Position numbers and translations under genes: made by a program. From an uncultured virus (IMG/VR IMGVR_UViG_3300020049_001346) (taxonomy: Duplodnaviria; Heunggongvirae; Uroviricota; Caudoviricetes), in the IMG/VR virus record IMGVR_UViG_3300020049_001346: a stretch of DNA of 64,000 nt; one strand, written 5' to 3'. A model generated the notes under the pieces. It did not search any database. It was not told the DNA's origin and saw only the letters and a list, made by a program, of their open reading frames with translations. Shown here in pieces: positions 42,309-50,539 of this stretch (position 1 is the stretch's first letter; every line of letters starts with the position of its first letter).

Positions 42309-42773
42309 ATGAAATACAAGCCATACGCAGACTACCTCAAGTACTGGAGGGCAATAAAGACGCTCATCCGTCACAAGTATAACCTAAGCAGCTCCGACAT
42401 CGATATACTACTTTTCGTCTATAGCGAGGGTTACTTCCGTCACAGACAGTTCTGGGAGTTCGAGTCTGGACTCACCTGGGAGAAGGACCGATTCAAGCGC
42501 ATGATAGCCGACGGGTGGATCACGCTATGGAGGCCGAACAAGAACGGTGAGGCTGCACTGTACGAGGCCTCCTACAAGACACGCAGGGTTATAACAGACA
42601 TATACGAGAAGATCGAGCTCAAGGTTCACGTCTCAGAGAACCCAGTCTCTAACCCAATGTTCAGAACAGACGCCTCCTATACCGAGAGAGCCTCCAGGCC
42701 CATTATTCGTAAGATGAATCGTACGCGTAAGGAGCTTAAGAGGCTCAGGGATATAGAGGATCAGAAGATCTAG
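42309..42773 (+). CDS. Winged-helix-like hypothetical protein, lone plus-strand gene in the late arm
   Basis: YNLSSSDIDILLFVY..RMIADGWI..LYEAS resembles MarR-like wHTH; start MKYKPY at 42309. Confidence 0.5.
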   Translation: MKYKPYADYLKYWRAIKTLIRHKYNLSSSDIDILLFVYSEGYFRHRQFWEFESGLTWEKDRFKRMIADGWITLWRPNKNGEAALYEASYKTRRVITDIYEKIELKVHVSENPVSNPMFRTDASYTERASRPIIRKMNRTRKELKRLRDIEDQKI

Positions 42774-43027
42774 AGGACCACGACTATGTCCCTCTCCAGG
42801 ATTACCGTGTACTTGATGTCGTTTACCAGCATCGTGTATCCAGCGTTCTTGTCGTAGTAGATTATGTCTCCCTCCTTCACGCAGTCCACGTTAGTTCCAG
42901 GCTTCACAACCTCTCCCTTCTTGTACCTGAACTGGTCCGTCTCGTTTCCAGTTAGCAGCAGACCCGACTGTGTCCTCATCTGCTCTTCTATTGTATTGAT
43001 TACTAGGTATTTATTGATTGGTTGCAT
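42770..43027 (-). CDS. groES: Co-chaperonin GroES (Cpn10)
   Basis: MQPINKYLVI..TQSGLLL..GEVVKPG..VKEGD..ILERDIVVV. Confidence 0.85.
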   Translation of the reverse strand: MQPINKYLVINTIEEQMRTQSGLLLTGNETDQFRYKKGEVVKPGTNVDCVKEGDIIYYDKNAGYTMLVNDIKYTVILERDIVVVL

Positions 43028-43028
43028 A

Positions 43029-43355
43029 CTATATTGTTATTGATAATACCTCTCTTATAATCTTTAAGTCTGGATCTATTACATATCCTAGCTCCTTCAT
43101 TGTGGCGGCCTCTAGCGATACACCTTTCTTCTGACAAACCCATACCTCCTGGTCAAACGCAGAGTCTATTATCTCGTAATCTTCATTTCTTGTTACGAAA
43201 AATATCGCAACCTTTACTTGCTTCATTTTGTTTTCTGGTGTTATATACAACCCTGATGTTGTACCTGGTGTTATATACAACCCTGATGTTGTACCTGTTG
43301 TTGTTCCTATTCCGCTATAAAGCGATGATCCGTTGGTGATTGTTGTTACTTCCAT
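43029..43355 (-). CDS. Hypothetical protein with 10-aa tandem duplication
   Basis: GTTSGLYITP twice. Confidence 0.6.
   Translation of the reverse strand: MEVTTITNGSSLYSGIGTTTGTTSGLYITPGTTSGLYITPENKMKQVKVAIFFVTRNEDYEIIDSAFDQEVWVCQKKGVSLEAATMKELGYVIDPDLKIIREVLSITI
43235..43297. repeat. 30-bp perfect tandem repeat (2.1 copies)
   Basis: CTGGTGTTATATACAACCCTGATGTTGTAC at 43235 and 43265. Confidence 0.95.
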
Positions 43356-43588
43356 AATGCTTTTTCGTATGTTAAGTTAAAAATATCTGGTTTGCATGGA
43401 TAAAATTCTCCTTGTACTCCTTTTATTATGAAGTCACCTATTGATGCTTTCATATTACCTTCTAAGGTTTGAATGTATAGCTCCCCATCTATAAATTCAG
43501 CGCTTTTGCAAAAATCTAACATTGGTTCAGTATTTCCATCCCATTGAATTGCTTCAATTACTACTGGTTTCTTTCTGTATAATCCCAT
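43346..43588 (-). CDS. Widespread small phage protein (RKKPVVIEA..TLEG..GEFYPCKPDIF family)
   Basis: Recognisable conserved motifs; function not assigned. Confidence 0.75.
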   Translation of the reverse strand: MGLYRKKPVVIEAIQWDGNTEPMLDFCKSAEFIDGELYIQTLEGNMKASIGDFIIKGVQGEFYPCKPDIFNLTYEKALWK

Positions 43589-45195
43589 TATGCTCGTGTC
43601 ATTGTTATTATTGCGTTAGTACTAAGTATTGTTGTGGCCACACTGACAGCGTTCTTCAGCGCGTTCTTCGTAACCTTCAGCGGGTCTATGATCCCCATGT
43701 CGTACATGTTACCGTACACGTCGTTCTTCACGTCGTAACCAGTGTTAGTGTTTGATGCGCATCCAGTCATGATCTCGTACCCGTCGTTACCTGCGTTCTC
43801 GTGTATCTGCAGCAGAGGTGCCTGAATAGCCCTTGCCATGATCTGCATCGCGACGTACTGCTCTGCACTGATGTCCTCTATCATGTCGTCAGCGTCTACA
43901 ATGATCCTATAGGACTCGTTGAACAGTGCAAGTCCTCCTCCTGGAAGGATTCCCTCCTCCAGTGCAGACCTTACAGCGCATACCGCGTCGTCTACCCTGT
44001 CCTTTCTCTCCTTCTGCTCCAGGTCTGAGTTACCTCCAACGTATATAACAGCGATGCTACCTGTTAAACTAGCGATCCTGCTCTTGATGAACTCCTTGTC
44101 CTGCTTCTTCTGTGCAGCCTCGTGAGCCACCCACAGCTGACTTACCCTGTCGTCTACGTCCTGCTGCTTGCTCTCTGGCTTGATGATGGATGACGAGTCC
44201 CTTCCTATGATGATCCTCTCTGCCCTACCTAAATCCTCGATTGATATCAGGCTAAGGTCGTCTCCTGTGCTCTCCGAGAAGTACTTCGCACCCAAAGACA
44301 GCGCGATGTCTGACATTAGCTCGTTCATCTTGTAACCGAACTCTGGTGGTGCAATGTTACAGAACTTCAGCTTGTTCTTAACCACGTTGACTGCCAGTGT
44401 GTTGATCACGTTCTGGTTGCATGGTCCAATTATGAGTAGCTTCTTGTTCTCCTGTATCACCGTCTTTAGAACCCCCTCTATAGACAAAATGTTGGATATC
44501 TCCTGGTCTGTAACCAGAACTAGCACATCGTCCATGATGCACTCGTCGTTCTTGAAGTCGTTCACGAACATGTTCGAGGTGTAACCCCTTCCGATCTTGA
44601 TTCCGTTTGTGAACTCTGAGTATGTATCCGCTGTCTGCGAGTTCTCGATTGTCACGATCCCATTCTTACCAACCTTCGTGTATGCGTTTGATATGATCTT
44701 ACCTATCTCGTTGTCGTTATTAGCCGATATCGATGCCACGTTGTGAAGCGTCTTACCGCTCACTTTTTTAGAGGATCTCTCCAGGCTGTGGATGATACCG
44801 TTGGAAACGCTGTTGATGTTCTTGATCACCTCCGTCACGTTGTGCTTCTCGTTCAATAGCTCCTGGCCCTGTCTCACGATTGCCTCCGTAAGCACGATTG
44901 CTGTTGTTGTTCCGTCTCCAGCGCTTGTTGCTGTACGATCTGCTGCCTCCTTCATCATCTTAACCGCCAGGTTCTCCACTGGGTCTAGCAAGAAGATTGA
45001 CTTCGCTACCGTTACCCCATCCTTTGTAACTGTGATACCATGTGTGTGGTTCGGTGACTCGATCAGAACCGTACGACCCCTTGGTCCTAGCGTGCTCTTA
45101 ACCGCCTTGGCAATTGTAGTTATGCCTGTAATTAGTTTTGCTCTTCCTTCCTCGTCGAACAGTAGTTCCTTGGGACTGTATCCAAATTCTTCCAT
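43588..45195 (-). CDS. groEL: Chaperonin GroEL (Cpn60)
   Basis: TLGPRGR, VTKDGVTVAK, AGDGTTTA, EEGILPGGG and GIIDPLKV motifs; no GGM tail. Confidence 0.95.
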   Translation of the reverse strand: MEEFGYSPKELLFDEEGRAKLITGITTIAKAVKSTLGPRGRTVLIESPNHTHGITVTKDGVTVAKSIFLLDPVENLAVKMMKEAADRTATSAGDGTTTAIVLTEAIVRQGQELLNEKHNVTEVIKNINSVSNGIIHSLERSSKKVSGKTLHNVASISANNDNEIGKIISNAYTKVGKNGIVTIENSQTADTYSEFTNGIKIGRGYTSNMFVNDFKNDECIMDDVLVLVTDQEISNILSIEGVLKTVIQENKKLLIIGPCNQNVINTLAVNVVKNKLKFCNIAPPEFGYKMNELMSDIALSLGAKYFSESTGDDLSLISIEDLGRAERIIIGRDSSSIIKPESKQQDVDDRVSQLWVAHEAAQKKQDKEFIKSRIASLTGSIAVIYVGGNSDLEQKERKDRVDDAVCAVRSALEEGILPGGGLALFNESYRIIVDADDMIEDISAEQYVAMQIMARAIQAPLLQIHENAGNDGYEIMTGCASNTNTGYDVKNDVYGNMYDMGIIDPLKVTKNALKNAVSVATTILSTNAIITMTRA

Positions 45196-45197
45196 GA

Positions 45198-45425
45198 TTA
45201 GTAATTAAAAGTTAATACTTTAACTACATTCATCTGTACATCTAGAATGTCTCCAATAGCTTTGTCAAATAATAATCTACACAAAGGTCTTTCAGGATTT
45301 GGATCTGCATTTTGATTTAATAAATCTGCTAGTTCTGCACATAATTCTTTTGCTCTTTGTACTTTTTCATCTCCTGATGGGTTGAATGTTAGTCCAACTA
45401 GTTTTTCACCGAATGTTAATTCCAT
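45198..45425 (-). CDS. Acb2/Tad1-hairpin-like protein, candidate immune-signal sponge
   Basis: TFGEKLVGLTFNPSGD..V..K..A.L.D..R..AI..QM..VK..T helical hairpin pattern; own -7 box TATATTTG at 45451-45458. Confidence 0.5.
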   Translation of the reverse strand: MELTFGEKLVGLTFNPSGDEKVQRAKELCAELADLLNQNADPNPERPLCRLLFDKAIGDILDVQMNVVKVLTFNY

Positions 45426-45460
45426 TTTATTTAATTTAAATTATATGCGACAAATATACA

Positions 45461-45492
45461 AAAAAAACGCATAACATTTAAGCTATGCGTTT
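45461..45492 (-). terminator. Intrinsic terminator
   Basis: AAACGCATA..TATGCGTTT stem with T run on the minus strand. Confidence 0.65.
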
Positions 45493-45523
45493 CTCGATTT
45501 CTTCCACTCGAATGAGCAGTGAA

Positions 45524-45834
45524 CTACTTCTTCTTCTTCATTATGATGTTGTGCATTGGAGCCTTCATCTCCTTTGACATTGCCATGGCGCTAGCCATCA
45601 TCATAGACTCCTCTACAATCTCTTTTCTCTCGTGTAAGGCTTTGGCTTCCTTGGCCATCCTGTACAAGCCAATCTCTTGAACTGGCATCTTCTTGTTTAT
45701 ACCCATCTGAAATGTATACTTATAAATGTTAAATAAATGATCAACTCGTTGTCGTCATAATCTTCGTCTATCGGATAGAATCCCCACCCTATAGATGGAC
45801 CGATGTTGAATCTATTCTGGATCTCAATCTCCAT
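45524..45834 (-). CDS. Two small ORFs opening the late arm (45697-45834; 45524-45706)
   Basis: Overlapping ORFs downstream of -7 box TATCTTTG at 45846-45853. Confidence 0.5.
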
Positions 45835-46140
45835 AATTTTTTTTACAAAGATACAATAATTTTGTTTTAATAATAACGGGGTTAAAAAAATATGTCATAA
45901 ATTTTTAGGCATTACGTTATATAGTCAATCTGCGTGAGCCGTCCAAAATGGAAACCGATTCTTTTTCGAGGGGTGGGGTACCAAAAGCAAGATTTCCCTC
46001 CAGATTTCTAGGCTTTTCCTGGGGTGCCAGGTGGGTACCTCTCCAGACCACACGTCAACTAGGTGGGTATCCCGCCATGTTGCTCCATGCCGTCTGTCTG
46101 TCGCTTGTTTCGTAGAGTAAACCACATAGATAATGCGGTC

Positions 46141-46471
46141 AATGTAGAATAAATGTAAGGAAATGTAAGCCAAATGTAAAGAAAATGCAGGGCTTACATC
46201 GTGTGAGCCGTTGATATCACTACGATTGTCAATGATAATGTAGAAATGCGCGCTCAACCCCTATATACAGCCTATAGATAATTATTATAATATATATATT
46301 TTTTTCGCTACGAAGAAGGGAGTAAAGTTTACATTCTTACATTTTTTAGGCTAAAGTCAATGATACCAAGTGCTACGGCGATGTAAAACTTTTTTGAACT
46401 TTACATTATTTTGGGCAACTTTACATTCTAGGGGCTTCCCGAGGTTTTGCTTACATTTTAGGGGCTTCCTG
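46141..46471. repeat. Iteron-like AATGTA/TACATT repeat array flanking an AT-rich core (candidate replication origin)
   Basis: AATGTA at 46141, 46152, 46162, 46173 and 46237; TACATT at 46330, 46338, 46402, 46422 and 46452; AT-rich 46262-46305. Confidence 0.6.
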
Positions 46472-46727
46472 GAGGGCATGTTAAACCCAGGGAACACCTA
46501 CTGTGTTATGCATAGTACTATTTTGTGTTCAGATACCCTCACACGAGCAATAAACCAAGTCCCCTCACGCGCGTGTACTTATTATTAAAAAATAGAGAAA
46601 TCTCGTAACTTGCACGTTATCAATCAATTAGTATATTTGTTAAAATTCCACACCTTGTCAGCCCAATAAAACCGAGCCAAATGTTAAATATTTGTTAATT
46701 AATTAGGATTGTAATTGATAGTTGTCG

Positions 46728-46735
46728 TATGTTTG
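46728..46735 (+). promoter_or_regulatory. Early promoter -7 box (TATGTTTG)
   Basis: TAnnTTTG followed by CA at the head of the plus-strand arm; a second box TATATTTG lies at 46632-46639. Confidence 0.6.
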
Positions 46736-46879
46736 CAGTGTTGAAAGGGTAGAAAATTTGTAAAGACCCTAGATGCAAGTCGACAAGACTATAACTGCGG
46801 GTAAGTCTACTCAGGAATAAGCGATATAGATTTCGTGAAGTCCGAAGACCATGGGGGTATCCAAATAGGAACGAGCATG

Positions 46880-46934
46880 AAACGTACATGGATGTGTTAT
46901 CCATGCTGATGAGCCACAGAATGGCGAAACGTTT
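46880..46934 (+). ncRNA. Hammerhead ribozyme, type III (HH1)
   Basis: Stem III AAACGT/ACGTTT, GUA site (cut after 46886), stem I CATGGAT/ATCCATG, CTGATGA 46906-46912, stem II GCCA/TGGC, GAAA 46926-46929. Confidence 0.9.
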
Positions 46935-46947
46935 AATACTATTTATT

Positions 46948-47139
46948 ATGAAATTATTTACATTAAGACTGTCGCATCCTAATTATCAAAATGAAGTAAT
47001 AATCCTTTTTAGAAAGAAGGAGGATGCAATCGCAGAGTTTGAGCACAAAGCCAATCAATTGAAACTAAAAAAGGTGGCATATGACTTTGCTTACCTAGAC
47101 AACATAGAATTGTCTATCATAGAAAAACAGGTTAACTGA
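46948..47139 (+). CDS. First early small ORF (63 aa)
   Basis: ATG 13 nt after HH1; its TGA stop lies within the HH2 core. Confidence 0.6.
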   Translation: MKLFTLRLSHPNYQNEVIILFRKKEDAIAEFEHKANQLKLKKVAYDFAYLDNIELSIIEKQVN

Positions 47140-47179
47140 TGAGGTCTAAGTGACCGAAACGTCGTGAGACGTCTTAACC
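47130..47179 (+). ncRNA. Hammerhead ribozyme, type I (HH2)
   Basis: Stem I GGTTAA/TTAACC, CTGATGA 47136-47142, stem II GGTC/GACC, GAAA, stem III ACGTC/GACGT, GUC site (cut after 47173). Confidence 0.93.
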
Positions 47180-47196
47180 AATTAAATATATTTAAC

Positions 47197-47491
47197 ATGA
47201 AAAAGAACATCCTATTTTGGGTATTGGTAGCGGTGCTATCAATCACAATTCATTTACTAACTCCTAACTGCTACAGATAATGGGACAGAACTTAAAAGAC
47301 ATCGGACTTGCCCTAGTACTATGGGCAGTATTTATAACTTTAATATCTATTATATGAACAAAGAAATCTTATATAGTCTAGAAGGCTATCCAATTAACCC
47401 TAAACTATACGGTCATTGGAACAAGTTAACACAGAGCGAAAAGAATAACTTGTATGCAAGGTACGTATTTCTATGCGAACAAGAGAGGTAG
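47197..47491 (+). CDS. Three coupled micro-ORFs (47197-47280, 27 aa; 47280-47357, 25 aa; 47354-47491, 45 aa)
   Basis: TAATG and ATGA overlaps; first two are single hydrophobic helices; they fill the gap between HH2 and HH3 exactly. Confidence 0.6.
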
Positions 47492-47543
47492 GTTAACTGA
47501 CGAGTCCTGATTGGACGAAACACCCCAAGTGGGTGTCTTAACC
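47491..47543 (+). ncRNA. Hammerhead ribozyme, type I (HH3)
   Basis: Stem I GGTTAA/TTAACC, CTGACGA 47497-47503, stem II GTCC/GGAC, GAAA, stem III ACACCC/GGGTGT, GUC site (cut after 47537). Confidence 0.93.
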
Positions 47544-47559
47544 ATTAAATATATTTAAC

Positions 47560-49609
47560 ATGAAAGATTCATTAGCTTTATTATCCACCATAGACGTGGA
47601 AAGATTTTATGTGTGCTCGGTTTGGGAGCGAGAGGTAACCTTGCAAGGCAAGGCAAGTACAGAACTTATACAATACTGCAAAGGATTAGGTGTTGATGAA
47701 TTTCAAGTGAGTGACCTTGGTCATTTAAAGGCGGAGATTGGTAAACTTAAAATAGTACTAGCGTAATGAAAAAGTCAATCTATCAGCACATCGCTGACAC
47801 GTACAAGGACGAGGTTCCAACATTGGAACAAGTGACCGCATTAATTAAGGAGCATGCTCCAAACATATCGTCGCCGAGTTTAACCTTCGACGAATTAGTA
47901 ACTAACATTTACGAAAACTATACATCATGGATAAAATAGAACAAGCGAAGGCTATACTTAAGGAAGCGGGTTACTACACGGGTAACCTATGGCACATCAA
48001 CGATGTAAAAGAAGACTACGACATTACTGACGATGAGGCACATGATGTGTTATCAAAGGCACTAAACAACGAGGGAACATTTGACCAAATATGGACAGCT
48101 ATTAAATTTTATGCAGATGATACTACAGAAATATAGACGGCAGTTAGGTCATGACTCAATCACGTTGGCACACGGAAGTAAACCCTTCTTTGTGCCATCG
48201 TCATTTGAGCACAAGGATGTGAGTCCTGAACTAGTGGCGATTGAGTTCCCACAGTGGTTCCTAGACAAGCACAAGCAGACCATAGAAGAGATAGAGTTCA
48301 GTACTAACTTATTAATAGAGAGAATATGCGACCAAGGATAACACTAGTTAATCAGACCATCAGGTCAATCAGGGAGCGTGAGCAGAAGTTCACGGCGCTT
48401 GTAAAGTACGAGTGCAAAGAGAACCCACAACTGAAGTGGCACGAAGCCAAGCGAGAGGTAAAGTACAGAATTTTTAATAAGACAATAGGATGGATACAGC
48501 AATAGTAGTTGAGACGGGAGAGAGTGTAGAGATAGTGCACAGAGGTTTTGATATTGTAATAATACAATTCAGTGACGGGACACAGAAACTTGTGAGACCC
48601 GATGAGGTTGGACTAACTAAAAGAAAGAGACCAAAGTTATGGAAGCTATACTAGAGAGAGCCTTCGTGAAGGCGATGGTCAAGGTGATGAGCCTTGAGGA
48701 CGAGTTGAAAGACATTGACAAGGCTATGTATGACGATCACCACCTTGAAATAATCAGGACAAGTATAGAGCGCGACCTAGAGGCGTGGAAATTAATCTTA
48801 AAACTAATTGAGAATGAAAGCAAAGGTAATAGTAAGTAGGGGTGCATATAGCATCGGTCACGATTGGTGTCTAGTCCTAGAGACAAAGAAGCACCACCAA
48901 CGATTCTATTTGGGTCAAGATAACAAGTTCTGTACTAGGGTATTAGGTCTAAGCACATCAGATGTTGTCGCTAGGATAGGCACCCGAGAGATAGACAACG
49001 ACACGAAGGGCAACCGCATATTGGCCAAGTTCATATGCAAACAACTAAACATTAACGGACACAACTTCAAGTGCATCGAGGCGTGGGGTCTGTGTGCACA
49101 ATAACTAAAGACATGACACATTTTAAATCAGACGAGTTAGAGTTCTTCAACAAGTTCACAGACAAGCGGGTTAATGTAGGAGATGGCACTACGACCATAA
49201 GAGTCAAGCCAAAGGAGACACAGCTAGACCTACAGATTGAGGTGGCTAGGAAGACGAGTATTAACATAGTAACGTGTGGAGACTGCGGTAGCACACTACT
49301 ACACAGACAATCGGACGAGACCATAACGTGTCCTGACTGTGGATTTAGTAGTGAGCCTTGCGACTTCCCTAACTTAAACTACTAGAAATGAAAGAAGAGT
49401 ATATCAGAATGCGTAACAGTGGGCAGTATAACATAGAGTGGTTCCACAAGTATTACAGAAGCAAGGGGGGTAGAGACATCCCCCTTCAGGACTTCCACAT
49501 GGTGTTTCAGACGGCTAACCTAGATCAGGTTTTAGATAGAATAGATAAAGAGTATAACCTTACATCATTATATGATGTAAATAATAAACTAATAAAGACA
49601 TGGCAATAA
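47560..49609 (+). CDS. Run of small early hypothetical ORFs (including 47560-47766, 47927-48136, 48639-48839, ~48814-49104, ~49113-49385 Zn-ribbon, 49388-49609)
   Basis: Tightly packed, coupled ORFs; CGDC..CPDC in the ORF ending at 49385. Confidence 0.6.
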
Positions 49610-49902
49610 AGATAACAGACGACTGCATCAACTGTGGACTGTGTGAGCCCGTGTGTCCGAACAACGCGATATACGAGCCTGACACGGATTGGAGATGGAG
49701 CGACGGCACAAGCCTGACGGATGATACACCACAGGCACCACGTTCAAGCGACGTGTTCTACATCGTTGAGGAGAAGTGCACAGAGTGTGTCGGCTTCTAC
49801 GGTGCACCACAGTGTGCGTCAGTGTGCCCATCGGACTGTTGTGTCCCTAGCACACACGAGACAGATTTACTAACTAAAAAGCATAGACTACATGGAAATT
49901 AA
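49600..49902 (+). CDS. 2x[4Fe-4S] ferredoxin (YfhL-like)
   Basis: CINCGLCEPVCP and CTECVG..PQCASVCP cluster motifs. Confidence 0.9.
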   Translation: MAIKITDDCINCGLCEPVCPNNAIYEPDTDWRWSDGTSLTDDTPQAPRSSDVFYIVEEKCTECVGFYGAPQCASVCPSDCCVPSTHETDLLTKKHRLHGN

Positions 49903-50406
49903 AAACGGAAGGTGGACGCGCAATGGAGACGCGCTCACGGTGGCGGACAACCAAGACTTCACAGACAGACTGATGAGAGTGAAAGAGTTTGCACGTGGAC
50001 GCGAGTTGACACATAGCAAGGTTCAGGTACTGTTCAGGATATTGGACACGGACGAGTTGGTTGACGACGCGCTGAACTGCGTGTTGGGGATGAGTAACAG
50101 ACAGATAGCACAATTATTTTAGTCGGAGAGAGAGTTGTGTGCGTTGATTCTAGTAAATTGCCACACACGTGCGACGAGTTGTCGGTAGACGTACCCAATT
50201 GGGTGGTCGAGGGTAGTCAGTACACGATAAGAGAGATACAAGAGCACGACTTCGGAGCAGTTGGCGTGCTACTAGAGGAGATAAGGAACAAGCCTAGGTA
50301 CTTCAGGCTCATAGACAGAACAACAGAGCCGATGTTTAAGATATCGAGGTTCAGAAGACTGAAGCCGAGAGAGGTAGAGGTCTTGGAAGAAATAAACGCC
50401 ATCTGA
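49892..50406 (+). CDS. Two hypothetical proteins (49892-50122; ~50137-50406)
   Basis: ORF track; co-oriented with neighbours. Confidence 0.55.
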
Positions 50407-50539
50407 TTAAATACAGTCCTTGTAAAAGATACAATGTAGGCCGTCTGTGTGCGTGAGTCAAAGTAGGAATCAGTTGGCAATGAATTCATAGTCCTACAAA
50501 CACAGACATTCTTTGACGGCTCGGAAAGACGGGCAAAAC

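Noticed and set aside
1254..45208. Numerous plus-strand ORFs within the late arm and minus-strand ORFs within the early arm
   Set aside because: Antisense shadows of well-supported genes, without motifs or leaders; 42309-42773 is the exception
46141..46471. CRISPR array
   Set aside because: Repeats are about 6 bp with 4-5 bp or irregular gaps; no repeat-spacer structure and no cas genes
45925..46904. ORFs 45925-46257, 46370-46588 and 46695-46904, and the 46888 start
   Set aside because: They overlap the repeat array, promoter and HH1, with atypical composition; the real start is more likely 46948
49970..49990. CTGATGAGAGTGAAA as a fourth hammerhead core
   Set aside because: No room for stem II, no stems I or III, and it lies inside a coding ORF
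50440..50520. Theta/HDV-like ribozyme beside a tRNA
   Set aside because: Helix order fits, but L3, P1.1 and the catalytic J4/2 C do not, and it lies 5' rather than 3' of the tRNA-like element; kept only as an unknown ncRNA
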